DNA of 64,000 nt from Steroidobacteraceae bacterium (GTDB lineage: Bacteria > Pseudomonadota > Gammaproteobacteria > Steroidobacterales > Steroidobacteraceae), in NCBI GenBank assembly GCA_036493935.1, contig DASXOY010000001.1, positions 64,702 through 128,701 of the forward strand, read 5' to 3'. The position numbers and the translations under genes were made by a program. Shown piece by piece: positions 29,948 to 40,658 of the stretch; positions within the stretch are counted from its first letter, which is position 1; each line of letters begins with the position of its first letter. The notes below the pieces were generated by a model that was given only the letters and a program-made list of their open reading frames with translations, had not been told where the DNA came from and made no database searches.

Positions 29948-31444
29948 ATGAACAAAGAAATATTGATGGCCGTCGACGCGGTTTCCAACGAGAAGGGCGT
30001 CGATAAGGAAATTATATTCGACGCGCTCGAAGCCGCGCTCGCATCGGCGACTCGCAAGAAACACGGCGAAGAGTTGGACGTACGGGTGTCGATCAACCGC
30101 AAGACCGGCGGCTACGATACGTTTCGCCGCTGGAAAGTATTTGCGGACGACTCCACGGAGCTCGAGGTTCCGGAGCGGGAGCTGCGCTTGGATGATGCGC
30201 GCGAAATCGACAAAGACGTAGAGCCGGGCGGCTTTGTCGAAGAGCCGATGGAGTCGGTGCCATTCGGCCGAATCCTCGCCCAGACAGCCAAGCAAGTCAT
30301 CGTGCAAAAGGTGCGCGAAGCCGAGCGCGCGCAAGTGGTGGATGCCTACAAGGATCGTTCGGGAACGCTGGTCAGCGGAATCGTCAAACGCGTCGATCGC
30401 AATGGCGTCTATGTCGATCTCGGCGCCAATGCCGAAGGATTCATCGCGCGCGAGGAGATGATTCCGCGCGAACCGGTGCGCTCTCAAGACCGCATCAAGG
30501 CCTACTTGAAGGAAGTGCGCACCGAACCGCGCGGCCCGCAATTGTTCCTGTCGCGCACCGCGCCGGAATTCTTGATCGAATTGTTCAAGCTGGAAGTGCC
30601 CGAGGTCGGCCAAGGCTTGATCAACATTTTGGCCGCCGCCCGCGACGCCGGCGTGCGCGCCAAGATCGCGGTGCGCAGCAACGATCCACGCGTCGATCCG
30701 GTCGGTGCCTGCGTCGGCATGCGCGGTTCACGCGTGCAAGCGGTCTCCAATGAGATCGCCGGCGAGCGCGTCGACATCATTCCGTTCGACGACAACAACG
30801 CACAGTTCGTGATCAATGCCATGGCCCCGGCCGAGGTCACCTCGATCGTCGTCGACGAAGATTCGCATTCGATGGATATCGCCGTTTCCGAGGACAAGCT
30901 GTCGCAGGCCATCGGCCGCGGCGGCCAGAATATCCGCTTGGCGAGCGAGCTGACCGGTTGGGAATTGAACGTGATGAGCGAATCGCAGGCAGAAGCCAAG
31001 AGCGAGACCGAGTCGCTGGCGTTGCGCGAGACCTTCATGAAGCAGCTGGATGTCGACGCCGACGTGGCGAGCATCTTGGTGCAAGAGGGTTTTTCGACCA
31101 TCGAAGAAATCGCCTACGTGCCGGCGAGCGAATTGAACGCCATCGAGGAATTCGACGAGGAAATCGTCAAGGAGCTGCGTACCCGCGCCCGGGATGTGCT
31201 GCTGACCCAGGCAATTGCCAGCGAAGAATCCATGGATGGCGCCGAGCCGGGAGCGGACCTGATCGAAATAACCGGCGAGGCGCTCGGCAAGACGCTGGCG
31301 CGAAAAGGTGTGCGCACTCGAGACGATTTGGCCGACTTGGCGGTCGATGAGCTGGTCGAGATGGGCAGCGTCGACGAAAAGAAGGCCGGCGAACTGATCA
31401 TGAATGCCCGCAAGCACTGGTTCGCGGAAGAAGCTAAGGTCTAG
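29948..31444 (+). CDS. nusA: Transcription termination/antitermination factor NusA
   Basis: [31 protein letters not shown]; S1 and KH domains ([26 protein letters not shown]); C-terminal acidic repeats. Confidence 0.97.
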   Translation: MNKEILMAVDAVSNEKGVDKEIIFDALEAALASATRKKHGEELDVRVSINRKTGGYDTFRRWKVFADDSTELEVPERELRLDDAREIDKDVEPGGFVEEPMESVPFGRILAQTAKQVIVQKVREAERAQVVDAYKDRSGTLVSGIVKRVDRNGVYVDLGANAEGFIAREEMIPREPVRSQDRIKAYLKEVRTEPRGPQLFLSRTAPEFLIELFKLEVPEVGQGLINILAAARDAGVRAKIAVRSNDPRVDPVGACVGMRGSRVQAVSNEIAGERVDIIPFDDNNAQFVINAMAPAEVTSIVVDEDSHSMDIAVSEDKLSQAIGRGGQNIRLASELTGWELNVMSESQAEAKSETESLALRETFMKQLDVDADVASILVQEGFSTIEEIAYVPASELNAIEEFDEEIVKELRTRARDVLLTQAIASEESMDGAEPGADLIEITGEALGKTLARKGVRTRDDLADLAVDELVEMGSVDEKKAGELIMNARKHWFAEEAKV

Positions 31445-31452
31445 GAGCACGT

Positions 31453-33957
31453 ATGGCAGATGTAACTGTCGCTCAGTTCGCTGAGGTGTTGAAAGTCCCG
31501 GTGGATCGGCTGCTGCAGCAGCTCGATCAGGCGGGCATCAAAGTCGACGGCGCCGAAGACATGATCAGCGAAGATGCCAAGCACGAGCTGTTGACGCATC
31601 TGCGTCGCAGCCATGGTCACGACGAGACGCAAGGGGATGCTGCCCCGCGCAAGATTACTCTGCGCCGCAAGTCGCAATCCGAGCTGAAGCTGGCGAGCCC
31701 CCAAGGACGCGCGCGCACTGTCAATGTCGAAGTGCGCAGCAAGCGCACCTATGTTAAGCGCGAAGTGCTGGAAGATCAGGCGCGGCACCAACAGGAAGAA
31801 ATCGACAAGCAGCGCGAAACCGAGGAACAGGCCAAGGCCGCCCTCGAGCGTGCGGAAAAGGAGCGCCTGGAGAAGGAGCGGCTGGACCGGGAACGCCAAG
31901 AGGAAGAGAGCCGGCGGCGCAGCGATGAAGAAAACCGCAAGCGCACCGCTGAAGAAGAAGCCCGGCGCGCCGCCGAGGTTCAAGCGCGAGAGGTGGCGGA
32001 ACGGGAACGCAAAGCCGCAGCGGCAAAACCCGGCAAGGCAGCGCGCGAGGCGGTAGACGATAAGTCGACGCGCTACGGCCGCCAGGAGCTGCACATCGTC
32101 GGAGATGTGAGCTCGCGCCACAAGAAGAAGAAGTCGCGCGATGGACGGCGCCGTTCGGTCGGCGAGACGGATACCAAGCACGGATTTGAGATGCCGACCG
32201 CACGGGTGGTTCGCGAGGTGCCGATCGGCGAGGCAATGACGGTCGGCGAGCTGGCGCAAAAAATGGCCGTCAAGGCGACCGAAGTCATCAAGGTCATGAT
32301 GAACATGGGCGTCATGGCCACGATCAATCAGATGATCGAGCAAGACACAGCGGTGTTGGTGGTCGAAGAAATGGGCCACACGGCGGTGCTGCGCAAGGAA
32401 AATGTCATCGAGGATGACCTGCAGGGCGAGGCGGACGCATCGCTCGAGGTATTGCCGCGGCCGCCGGTCGTCACGGTCATGGGTCATGTCGATCACGGCA
32501 AGACCTCGCTACTGGACTACATCAGGCGTAGCAAGGTCGCGGCAGGCGAAGCAGGCGGCATTACCCAGCATATCGGTGCCTATCACGTCGAAACAGCCAA
32601 GGGCATGGTGACCTTCCTCGATACGCCCGGCCATGCGGCGTTCACGTCGATGCGTGCGCGCGGCGCGCAGGTTACGGATATCGTGATTCTGGTTGTCGGC
32701 GCCGATGATGGCGTCATGCCTCAGACCATCGAAGCTATTCAGCACGCCCAGGCGGCGAAGGTGCCCATTGTCGTAGCCCTCAACAAGATGGATAAGCCGG
32801 AGGCCGACGCGGAAAAGGTCAAGCAGGAGCTCACGAAGTACGGCGTTATCCCGGAAGAGTGGGGCGGTGAGAATATTTTCGTCCCCGTCTCGGCGCGTAC
32901 CGGTCAGGGCGTCGAGCAATTGCTCGACAGTATTCTGCTGCAGGCCGAAGTGCTGGAGCTCAAGGCGCCGACTGCCGGTCTTGCCGCCGGCTACGTGATC
33001 GAATCGAGCCTCGAGAAGGGCCGCGGCGCCGTGGCCACCGTGCTGGTTCTGCGCGGCACCCTGAAGTTGGGCGATCCGATGCTCGTGGGTCAGGAATTCG
33101 GCCGCGTACGTGCGTTGTTCGACGAGGCCGGACATTCCGTCGAATCGGCGGGCCCCTCCATACCGGTGGTGGTGCTCGGCCTGTCGGGTGCGCCCAACGC
33201 GGGCGATGAATTGTTGGTGGTGGAGAGCGAACGCAAGGCGCGTGAAGTCGCCGGGCATCGCCAATCGAAGTCCCGCGATGTGAAGCTGGCGCAGAAGGCC
33301 ACCAACATGCAGGACGTGTTCTCGACCATGGGCGAGAGCAAGGCCGACGTGGTGCAGCTGTTGGTGAAAGCCGACGTACAGGGCAGCGCCGAAGCGCTGC
33401 GAGATTCCTTGAACGGGCTGTCCACTCCCGAGGTGGCGGTGAATATCGTGGCATCCGGGGTCGGTGGACTCACCGAGTCCGACGTTACCTTGGCCGCGGC
33501 TTCGAAGGCGCGCATCATCGCGTTCAATGTGCGCGGCGACGCCGCTGCCCGCGCCGCCATCAAGGAGCATGGCGTCGACGTGCGCTACTACAGCATCATT
33601 TACGAGGCCATCGACGACATCAAGGCGGTGCTCACCGGGATGCTGTCGCCGGAGGTCAAAGAGTCGATTGTCGGGCTTGCCGAAGTCAGAAGCGTATTTC
33701 GCTCGAGCAAATTCGGCACGGTCGCGGGCTGCATGGTCATCGACGGCTATGTGCGCCGCAACTTCCCGATTCGTGTGCTGCGCGACAACGTCGTGATATT
33801 CGAAGGCGCCTTGGAATCCTTGAAGCGCTTCAAGGATGACGTCACTGAGGTGCGCGCGGGCACCGAGTGCGGCATCGGCGTCAAGAACTACAATGACGTG
33901 CGCGAAGGCGATCAGATCGAGTGCTATTCACGGGTCGAAGTTGCCAGAACTCTGTAA
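31453..33957 (+). CDS. infB: Translation initiation factor IF-2
   Basis: [21 protein letters not shown]; charged N-domain; G-domain [25 protein letters not shown]. Confidence 0.97.
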   Translation: MADVTVAQFAEVLKVPVDRLLQQLDQAGIKVDGAEDMISEDAKHELLTHLRRSHGHDETQGDAAPRKITLRRKSQSELKLASPQGRARTVNVEVRSKRTYVKREVLEDQARHQQEEIDKQRETEEQAKAALERAEKERLEKERLDRERQEEESRRRSDEENRKRTAEEEARRAAEVQAREVAERERKAAAAKPGKAAREAVDDKSTRYGRQELHIVGDVSSRHKKKKSRDGRRRSVGETDTKHGFEMPTARVVREVPIGEAMTVGELAQKMAVKATEVIKVMMNMGVMATINQMIEQDTAVLVVEEMGHTAVLRKENVIEDDLQGEADASLEVLPRPPVVTVMGHVDHGKTSLLDYIRRSKVAAGEAGGITQHIGAYHVETAKGMVTFLDTPGHAAFTSMRARGAQVTDIVILVVGADDGVMPQTIEAIQHAQAAKVPIVVALNKMDKPEADAEKVKQELTKYGVIPEEWGGENIFVPVSARTGQGVEQLLDSILLQAEVLELKAPTAGLAAGYVIESSLEKGRGAVATVLVLRGTLKLGDPMLVGQEFGRVRALFDEAGHSVESAGPSIPVVVLGLSGAPNAGDELLVVESERKAREVAGHRQSKSRDVKLAQKATNMQDVFSTMGESKADVVQLLVKADVQGSAEALRDSLNGLSTPEVAVNIVASGVGGLTESDVTLAAASKARIIAFNVRGDAAARAAIKEHGVDVRYYSIIYEAIDDIKAVLTGMLSPEVKESIVGLAEVRSVFRSSKFGTVAGCMVIDGYVRRNFPIRVLRDNVVIFEGALESLKRFKDDVTEVRAGTECGIGVKNYNDVREGDQIECYSRVEVARTL

Positions 33958-33963
33958 AGCAAT

Positions 33964-34374
33964 ATGGCCAAAGACAACCCGCGGGCCAAGCGCTTGGGCG
34001 AGCAGATTCAGCGCGAGCTTACCGAGCTTTTGCGGCGCGACGTCAAGGACGAGCGTATCGGCAACGTCACCATCACCGCCGTCAACGTGAGCGGGGACCT
34101 GCGCACCGCGCGGGTCTACTATCTGGTGTTCGGCAAGGATGGCGCGGACCCTAAGGTGCAGCGCGGCTTGGAGAGCGCTTCAGGTTTCCTGCGCAACGCC
34201 TTGTCGAAGTCGCTGATGATTCGCTATACCCCGACGCTGACGTTCGAACTCGACACGACCATCGAACACGGCGTGCGATTGACCCAGCTGATCAATTCGC
34301 TCAAGACGACCAAGGACACGGCTGCTTCGGACGGCGGGACGGACGAGCACGACCACATCATCGACGAAGGCTAG
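33964..34374 (+). CDS. rbfA: Ribosome-binding factor A
   Basis: RAKRLGEQIQRELTELLRRDVKDERIG...VTITAVNVSGDLRTARVYY. Confidence 0.95.
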   Translation: MAKDNPRAKRLGEQIQRELTELLRRDVKDERIGNVTITAVNVSGDLRTARVYYLVFGKDGADPKVQRGLESASGFLRNALSKSLMIRYTPTLTFELDTTIEHGVRLTQLINSLKTTKDTAASDGGTDEHDHIIDEG

Positions 34375-34381
34375 ACTTGCC

Positions 34382-35281
34382 GTGCCTGTCGATCTGCATG
34401 GCATTCTTCTCCTCGACAAGCCCCTGGGCTTGAGTTCCGCCGGGGCCGTGGCGCGCGTCAAGCGATTGTTCAACGCACGCAAGGCAGGACATACCGGGTC
34501 GCTCGATCCGCTTGCATCCGGCCTCCTGCCGATTTGCTTCGGTGAGGCCACCAAATTCGGCACCCAGCTGCTGGACGCCGATAAAACCTACCGCGTGACG
34601 ATTCGCTTGGGCGAGCGCACGCCGAGCGCGGATCGCGAGTCCGAGGTGAGCGAAAGGCGTGAGCTGCCCGCACTGTCGCGCCAACAATTGCACGGAGCGC
34701 TGGCCGAGTTTCCGCGCGACTACCGGCAGATTCCGCCCATGCATTCTGCGTTGAAACAGGAGGGCAGACCCCTGTACGAATATGCACGAGCGGGGATCAC
34801 GCGGGAGCGTTCAGCGCGAAGCATCACCATTCATGCGATGCAATTGCTTGATTGGCAGCCGCCCGATCTCTCTTTCGACGTGTGTTGCACGAAGGGTGCT
34901 TACATCCGGGTGCTCGCCGAGGATCTGGCGGCACAGTTGGGGACCATTGGTCACTTGGCGGCCCTGCGCCGGCTCTCCGTGGCTCCGTTTAGTGCTGAGC
35001 CTCAATGGCCATTGGACGCCTTGGAGCGATTGAGCCCGGATGAGCTGCAAAAGGCCCTTCTCCCGGTAGATGCCGCACTGCGCGCCTGGCGCCGATTTGA
35101 CCTGCCTGCCGGGGGGGTGAACGCCCTGCGGCAGGGCCAAACGGTCGATGTTGCGCTCGAACTCCCCGGAGTGGTGCGTATCTATGCGGACGGCCTAGGG
35201 TTTTTGGGGTTGGGTGAAATCGAGGCCGCAGGCCTGCTTAAGCCCCTGCGGCTTATTTCATCCGCGATGAATCGTGCTTGA
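34382..35281 (+). CDS. truB: tRNA pseudouridine(55) synthase TruB
   Basis: [13 protein letters not shown]...[25 protein letters not shown], with the catalytic Asp present. GTG start. Confidence 0.95.
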   Translation: MPVDLHGILLLDKPLGLSSAGAVARVKRLFNARKAGHTGSLDPLASGLLPICFGEATKFGTQLLDADKTYRVTIRLGERTPSADRESEVSERRELPALSRQQLHGALAEFPRDYRQIPPMHSALKQEGRPLYEYARAGITRERSARSITIHAMQLLDWQPPDLSFDVCCTKGAYIRVLAEDLAAQLGTIGHLAALRRLSVAPFSAEPQWPLDALERLSPDELQKALLPVDAALRAWRRFDLPAGGVNALRQGQTVDVALELPGVVRIYADGLGFLGLGEIEAAGLLKPLRLISSAMNRA

Positions 35282-35306
35282 GGGCAGGTGCCGCGACGCG
35301 TACAAT
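35278..35306 (+). promoter_or_regulatory. Candidate rpsO promoter overlapping the truB stop
   Basis: -35 TTGAGG (35278-35283), 17-nt spacer, -10 TACAAT (35301-35306). Confidence 0.45.
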
Positions 35307-35355
35307 GCGCGGCTTCTTAAAAGGTCCTAAGTTATTGATTGAGGGTTTGATTTCA

Positions 35356-35625
35356 ATGCCACTTACTCGTGAAGAAAAGACGGGCGTCGTCGGGAAATTC
35401 CAGCGCAGCGCGCAAGATACCGGCTCCCCCGAAGTTCAAATTGCCTTGTTGTCCGAGCGCATTAACGGCTTGAGCCAGCATTTCACCACGCACAAAGCCG
35501 ACCATGCATCGCGTCGCGGGCTGCTCAAGATGGTCAATCAGCGCCGTAAGCTGCTCGATTACCTGAAGAGCAGAACTCCGGACAAGTACGCGCAATTGGT
35601 CGAACGCTTAGGGTTACGCCGCTAA
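35356..35625 (+). CDS. rpsO: 30S ribosomal protein S15
   Basis: [58 protein letters not shown]. 89 aa. The longer track ORF was rejected. Confidence 0.95.
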   Translation: MPLTREEKTGVVGKFQRSAQDTGSPEVQIALLSERINGLSQHFTTHKADHASRRGLLKMVNQRRKLLDYLKSRTPDKYAQLVERLGLRR

Positions 35626-35635
35626 CAGGCGCCGC

Positions 35636-35659
35636 TGCAGTCGCGCAATGGCGACTGCG
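35636..35659 (+). terminator. rpsO-pnp intergenic hairpin (partial terminator or pnp-leader processing stem)
   Basis: TGCAGTCGC gcaatg GCGACTGCG: 8 Watson-Crick pairs plus one G-U. No strong T-tract follows. Confidence 0.5.
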
Positions 35660-35693
35660 TCTTACACTTCCGAATTATTCAAAGGGGCTCTAA

Positions 35694-37778
35694 GTGAGCG
35701 CTATCAAAAAGAGTTTTAAGTATGGGGACCACACCGTAACCCTGGAGACCGGCGAACTCGCCCGCCAGGCCGATGGTGCGGTCCTCGTGTCCATGAGCGA
35801 GACGGTGGTTCTGGTCACAGCTGTCGGCCTGAAGAAGGCGACCCCGGGCCGCGATTTCTTTCCGCTGACCGTCAACTATCAAGAAAAAACCTATGCCGCC
35901 GGCCGTATCCCCGGCGGATTTTTCAAGCGCGAAGGGCGCCCGACTGAAAAGGAGACCCTGACCTCGCGCCTGATCGATCGTCCGATTCGGCCGCTGTTTC
36001 CCGAGGGCTTTATCAACGACGTGCAAGTCGTCGCTTCAGTCATTTCGGTGAATGCCGAAGTCGATCCGGATATCGCTTCGTTGATCGGGGCTTCCGCGGC
36101 GCTCGCGATTTCCGGCATGCCGTTCTTGGGCCCCATCGGCGCCGCGCGCGTCGGCTACGTCGACGGCAAGTACGTGCTCAATCCGACGGCCACCCAGCTG
36201 GCAACATCGAAGCTGGATTTGGTCGTGGCGGGAACCAGCGAAGGGGTGCTGATGGTGGAATCGGAGGCCGACGGCCTCAATGAAGAAGTCATGCTGGGCG
36301 CGGTCACTTTTGGCCACGAACAAATGCAGATCGCCATAAAAGCCATCAATGAATTGGCGGCCGAAGCCGGCAAGCCGAAGTGGACTTGGGTCGCTCCGGA
36401 GCCGAACAAGGAGTTGCACGGCGCGGTCGACGCGTACTCAGCGGCGGTCGCTGCCGCCTACACCATTACAGAAAAAACCCAGCGTTACACCAAGATCAAA
36501 GAGATCAAGACGGCCGCAGTCGAGGCGTTGACCAAGGGTGAGGCACCCAAGTTTACCGCCGAGCAGGTCGGCGCTGAGTTCTCGAACCTCGAATACCGCT
36601 TGGTGCGCGAACAAGTGCTCGCCGGCAAGCCTCGTATCGACGGTAGGGATAACAAGACTGTTCGCGGCATCAATATCCGAACCGGCGTGCTGGCACGCAC
36701 TCATGGCTCGGCGCTGTTTACCCGCGGCGAGACCCAAGCGCTGGTGGTCACTACTTTGGGCACGGGGCGCGATGCGCAGATCATCGACGGCCTGACCGGC
36801 GAGCGTAAAGAACCGTTCATGCTGCATTACAATTTCCCGCCGTTCAGCGTCGGCGAGACCGGCATGATGGGATCGCCCAAGCGGCGCGAGATCGGCCACG
36901 GCAACTTAGCCAAGCGCGGCGTGAAGGCGGTCATGCCGGGCGTCGAGAAATTCCCGTACGTCATCCGCGTGGTGTCGGAAATTCTCGAATCGAATGGCTC
37001 GAGCTCCATGGCGTCCGTGTGCGGCACAAGCCTGGCGCTGATGGATGCGGGCGTGCCGATCAAGGCGCCGGTCGCCGGCGTGGCGATGGGCTTGGTGAAA
37101 GAGGGCTCGCGCTTCCAGGTGCTCACCGACATCTTGGGCGACGAAGATCATTTGGGCGATATGGATTTCAAGGTAGCTGGCACCAAAGACGGCATCACCG
37201 CGCTGCAAATGGACATCAAGATCACGAGCATCACGCGCGAGATCATGAAAGTGGCGCTGGATCAGGCGCGCGATGGCCGTTTGCACATCTTGGGCGAAAT
37301 GAACAAGGTGCTCGCCAAGCCGCGTGAGAATATGTCGGAGTGGGCGCCCACCATCATCACCTTGAAGATCGATCCGGAAAAGATCCGTGATGTGATCGGC
37401 AAGGGCGGGGCAGTCATTCGCCAGATCACCGAAGAGACCGGCACTTCGATCGACATCGAAAACGATGGCACCGTAAAGATTGCGTCCGTTCAGGGTGCCG
37501 CGGGGCGCGAAGCGCAGCGTCGCATCGAGCTGATCACCGCGGACGTCGAAGTCGGGCGGGTGTATGAAGGCAAGGTCGCGCGCCTCATGGATTTCGGCGC
37601 CTTCGTGACCATCCTTCCCGGCCGCGACGGCCTGGTGCATATCTCGCAGATCTCCGAGGAACGCGTGGAGCGGGTGGGCGATAAGCTCAAGGAAGGCGAC
37701 GTGGTGCGCGTCAAAGTGCTCGAGGTCGATCGTCAGGGCCGCGTACGCCTCTCCATGCGCAACGTCGACGCTGCGTAG
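35694..37778 (+). CDS. pnp: Polyribonucleotide nucleotidyltransferase (PNPase)
   Basis: GTG start. [23 protein letters not shown]; two RNase PH domains; KH ([10 protein letters not shown]) and S1 ([13 protein letters not shown]) domains. Confidence 0.97.
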   Translation: MSAIKKSFKYGDHTVTLETGELARQADGAVLVSMSETVVLVTAVGLKKATPGRDFFPLTVNYQEKTYAAGRIPGGFFKREGRPTEKETLTSRLIDRPIRPLFPEGFINDVQVVASVISVNAEVDPDIASLIGASAALAISGMPFLGPIGAARVGYVDGKYVLNPTATQLATSKLDLVVAGTSEGVLMVESEADGLNEEVMLGAVTFGHEQMQIAIKAINELAAEAGKPKWTWVAPEPNKELHGAVDAYSAAVAAAYTITEKTQRYTKIKEIKTAAVEALTKGEAPKFTAEQVGAEFSNLEYRLVREQVLAGKPRIDGRDNKTVRGINIRTGVLARTHGSALFTRGETQALVVTTLGTGRDAQIIDGLTGERKEPFMLHYNFPPFSVGETGMMGSPKRREIGHGNLAKRGVKAVMPGVEKFPYVIRVVSEILESNGSSSMASVCGTSLALMDAGVPIKAPVAGVAMGLVKEGSRFQVLTDILGDEDHLGDMDFKVAGTKDGITALQMDIKITSITREIMKVALDQARDGRLHILGEMNKVLAKPRENMSEWAPTIITLKIDPEKIRDVIGKGGAVIRQITEETGTSIDIENDGTVKIASVQGAAGREAQRRIELITADVEVGRVYEGKVARLMDFGAFVTILPGRDGLVHISQISEERVERVGDKLKEGDVVRVKVLEVDRQGRVRLSMRNVDAA

Positions 37779-37821
37779 CTTTGGTGCGGCGGTCCGTGGC
37801 CGCGTTCAGTGCGCGCGGCGG

Positions 37822-38229
37822 CTAACCGTCGCGCACCAAGTTCGACGCGACTCGAGGCCTCGGTGGTTCTCCGCCGGCTACGGTCTTTACGCGCTCCCGA
37901 AGCTGAGGCGTCGGCTGCTGATTCATCAGCTGCTTCAGGCTCTGTTCCAAGTGTGGGCTCACCTGGCCTTGCAGCGTGGTGCCGTAAGAGCGGATCACGC
38001 TGACCATAAATTCCTGGCTTAGGATGGGCTCGGCCAAGTGTTCCTGCTCGGCAATCACCTGAAGCAAGATACTGCGCGTTATGTCGGCACTGTTTTTCTT
38101 GTCGACAACGACAAAATCGATCCTCTCGACTACCAGGCGCCTCACATCAGCCAAGGTGATGTAGCGGCTTTCGACCGTGTCATAGAGGCGTCGATTCGGA
38201 TATTTTTTAATCACTCGCGGTTCGCTCAT
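37822..38229 (-). CDS. phaR: Polyhydroxyalkanoate synthesis repressor PhaR
   Basis: MSEPRVIKKYPNRRLYDTVESRYITLADVRRLV. GAGGAG lies upstream of the ATG at 38229. The longer track ORF was rejected. Confidence 0.85.
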   Translation of the reverse strand: MSEPRVIKKYPNRRLYDTVESRYITLADVRRLVVERIDFVVVDKKNSADITRSILLQVIAEQEHLAEPILSQEFMVSVIRSYGTTLQGQVSPHLEQSLKQLMNQQPTPQLRERVKTVAGGEPPRPRVASNLVRDG

Positions 38230-38368
38230 GGGGCTCCTCGCTCGTGTTGGCGGACACCACCGGAGGATGCCGGTCCGTGCCTGTCCACGTCTGATCAATT
38301 AAGGACTACGAGATCAAAGAATAGCGCAATGCAGCGCTAAGGCAAATCAGCATTTTTCTCTAGCGTTT

Positions 38369-39229
38369 TTAATCGTTTACACGCAAATCCAGACGTTTAG
38401 GCACCTTATCGACGCTCCATTGCCCGATCGCCCAAGTCCACGCTGCAGAGATCGGTCCCGACGCGAGCCCTGCCGGGGGCTTTAGGCCCAGGAGCGAAAA
38501 GATGCTAAGCAGCTGAGGCAGGGGAGAATCCTTGGAAACCCTGACGCTGCGCCGCGACTTCGCCAGCTTGGCGCCGTCGGGTTCGATGAGCACCGGCAGG
38601 TGGGCATAGCGGGGCTCGGCAAGACGCAACAGTTGCTGCAGATAGATCTGGCGCGGCGTATTGTCCAAAAGATCCGCGCCCCGAACGACATGGGTGATGC
38701 CTTGCGCGGCATCGTCGACCACCACGGCGAGTGCGTAGGCTACGATTTTATCGCGGCGCTTGAGAATGATGTCGCCGACTGCCGTCGCTACTTCCTGCCG
38801 ATATTTGCCCTGGATGCGGTCGGCAAACTCGATGTCGCGGGAATCGATGCGAACGCGGATCGCGGCCGGCGCGCCCTGCGCGATCGCCCGATTGCGGCAA
38901 GTACCGGGATAGCGCAGCTCATCCTCGAGCTGCGCGCGGCTGCAGGTGCATTCATAGGTGCGCTGCTCGGCTTCGAGGCGGCGCAGGGCATCGGCATAGA
39001 GATCGCCGCGCTCGGATTGACGTACGAGTCCGTCCCATTCAAAGCCGAACTGCTCCAAGGTTTGCAGAATCCCTGCCGCCGATCCAGCAACCTCCCTTGG
39101 CCGGTCGAGATCCTCGATGCGCAACAGCCAGCGTCCATAGTGGGCGCGCGCATCCAGATAGCTCGCTGCCGCAGTGAAAAGGGAGCCTAAATGCAGATCG
39201 CCCGACGGAGTCGGCGCAAAGCGCCCAAT
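38369..39229 (-). CDS. gluQ: Glutamyl-Q tRNA(Asp) synthetase (GluQ-RS/YadB); 5' end unresolved because there is no canonical start
   Basis: My translation upstream of the track ORF gives ...YIGRFAPTPSGDLHLGSLFTAAASYLDARAHYGRWLLRIEDLD, containing the class I HIGH-type motif. The frame is open back to the dksA stop with no ATG/GTG/TTG. The coordinate 39229 assumes an ATT start. Confidence 0.8.
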   Translation of the reverse strand: MGRFAPTPSGDLHLGSLFTAAASYLDARAHYGRWLLRIEDLDRPREVAGSAAGILQTLEQFGFEWDGLVRQSERGDLYADALRRLEAEQRTYECTCSRAQLEDELRYPGTCRNRAIAQGAPAAIRVRIDSRDIEFADRIQGKYRQEVATAVGDIILKRRDKIVAYALAVVVDDAAQGITHVVRGADLLDNTPRQIYLQQLLRLAEPRYAHLPVLIEPDGAKLAKSRRSVRVSKDSPLPQLLSIFSLLGLKPPAGLASGPISAAWTWAIGQWSVDKVPKRLDLRVND

Positions 39230-39239
39230 GTAGCGCGGA

Positions 39240-40061
39240 CTAGCGGTACCGGTCGTCGCGGTCGCCGTACTGCTTTTCCCGGCGCTCGCGCCGCTCCTGT
39301 GCCTCGACCGACAGCGTCGCGACCGGGCGGGCTTCCAAGCGCTTGATGCCTATTTCCTCGCCTGTTTCCAGGCAATAGCCGTACGAGCCGTCTTCGATGC
39401 GCTTGAGCGCTTCATCGATTTTGCGTATCAACTTGCGCTCGCGGTCGCGGGTCCGCAGTTCGAGGCTGAATTCTTCCTCTTGAGTAGCCCGGTCGTTCGG
39501 GTCCGGAAAATTAGCGGCTTCATCCTTCATGTGCAGCACGGTGCGATCGACTTCCACCATCAGGTCTCGCTTCCAAGTCTGCAGAATGCGCGCAAAGTGC
39601 TCCAGCTGCTCCTTGTTCATGTACTGCTCGCCGCGGCGGGCGATGTACGGCTTTACATTGCGCGGACCGGCCAACAGGCTGGCTGATCCCGAACCCTCTG
39701 TGTCGCCGTCTTCATCGTTTTGCGGCGCGCGCGGCATTACCAGCGGGCGAGGGTCGAATTTAATGGGCGCAATCTTCTCGCTGGCGGCTCGCGGCGCCGG
39801 TGCGGCCGCGGGCATCGGCGTGGCCGGCACGGGCTTCAGCACAGCGCTTTTGGCGCGCACTGGTTTTGCTGGCGCGGGTTTCGCGCTCACGGGTTTGGGT
39901 GCGGATTTGGTCGGTTTCACTGTTACCTTCGATGTGGCGATTGGCTTTGCTTTCGTCGGCGGCCGTGCCGCTTTTTTAGGAGCGGCTGCTTTGTGAGTCG
40001 CTTTTTTGGGTGTCGCCTTACCTGGCCGCTTAGCCGCTTTATTGGGTTTCTTCGAGGGCAT
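39240..40061 (-). CDS. dksA: RNA polymerase-binding regulator DksA, one-Cys type, with a Lys/Ala/Pro-rich N-terminal extension (short form would start at 39737)
   Basis: The C-terminal 145 aa aligns with E. coli DksA as I recall it: SLLAGPRNVKPY..EQYMNKEQLEHFARIL...DPNDRATQEEEFSLELRTRDRE...YGYCLETGEEIGIKRLEARP. Residues 1-100 run KKPNKAAKRPGKATPKKATHKAAAPKKAARPPTKAKP... Confidence 0.85.
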   Translation of the reverse strand: MPSKKPNKAAKRPGKATPKKATHKAAAPKKAARPPTKAKPIATSKVTVKPTKSAPKPVSAKPAPAKPVRAKSAVLKPVPATPMPAAAPAPRAASEKIAPIKFDPRPLVMPRAPQNDEDGDTEGSGSASLLAGPRNVKPYIARRGEQYMNKEQLEHFARILQTWKRDLMVEVDRTVLHMKDEAANFPDPNDRATQEEEFSLELRTRDRERKLIRKIDEALKRIEDGSYGYCLETGEEIGIKRLEARPVATLSVEAQERRERREKQYGDRDDRYR

Positions 40062-40095
40062 TTGGATTTTCCGCCTCCTAACGAAAGAGCGCGCG

Positions 40096-40123
40096 ATTAT
40101 ACCGACGCATACAGGCGTGTACA
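40096..40123 (-). promoter_or_regulatory. Candidate dksA promoter
   Basis: On the minus strand: -35 TGTACA (40123-40118), 16-nt spacer, -10 TATAAT (40101-40096). GGAGG lies before the ATG at 40061. Confidence 0.4.
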
Positions 40124-40179
40124 GGGCGCGCGCAAAACATATTTTGCGGCCTTAAGCCTATGATTGGCCAGCAGATTCC

Positions 40180-40566
40180 CTAGGGCAATTCCACCGGCGC
40201 CGCGGCGACCCAGCCGGCGGCCCGGTGTTCCGCCACGACCGTCGTGTAAATCCCGCCGCGCACGTTGAATTTGGCCGAAATCCGCATGTAACGCGGTGCC
40301 GTGGCGGCCACCAGATCCCGCAATATCTCGTTGGTAACCGCTTCATGGAATGCACCGCGGCTGCGGAACGACCAAATATAGAGCTTTAAGGACTTCAATT
40401 CGACGCAGCGCTCGTTCGGAACGTAGTCGAGCTCGAGCGTCGCGAAGTCGGGCTGGCCGGTTTTTGGGCAAAGGCAGCTAAACTCCGGAATCGTCATGCG
40501 TATGGCGTAGTCCCGTTCGGGTGCGGGATTGGCAAAAACTTCGAGGCTCGAGGTTGGTTCGGTCAT
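40180..40566 (-). CDS. queF: NADPH-dependent 7-cyano-7-deazaguanine reductase QueF (unimodular type)
   Basis: [23 protein letters not shown]...[24 protein letters not shown]. Confidence 0.9.
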   Translation of the reverse strand: MTEPTSSLEVFANPAPERDYAIRMTIPEFSCLCPKTGQPDFATLELDYVPNERCVELKSLKLYIWSFRSRGAFHEAVTNEILRDLVAATAPRYMRISAKFNVRGGIYTTVVAEHRAAGWVAAAPVELP

Positions 40567-40658
40567 GGCAAAGAGTGAGCGATCGCCGTAAGGGGTTTAC
40601 CTGTGTGACGTTTACTTTACACTACGCGCCACAAGTGGCCCACGACACCGCGTGAACA

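Noticed and set aside
31780-32060. Highly charged E/R/K repeat stretch in infB, and the coiled-coil repeats in smc and rmuC.
   Set aside because: These are normal low-complexity or coiled-coil segments of these families, not independent repeat elements.
37779-37821. Possible bidirectional terminator between convergent pnp and phaR (GCGGC ... GCCGC).
   Set aside because: Only a 5-bp stem with an 8-nt loop and no T-tract on either strand. This is too weak to call.
39529-40163. Plus-strand ORFs (155 and 147 aa) opposite the dksA N-terminal tail.
   Set aside because: They are Gly/Arg/Ala/Phe-rich mirror images of the Lys/Ala/Pro repeat region, with no start context and no motifs.
40567-40658. 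Possible preQ1 riboswitch in the queF 5' region.
   Set aside because: The minus-strand leader shows no preQ1-I/II-like stem plus A-rich tail. The region is a short divergent promoter spacer shared with smc.
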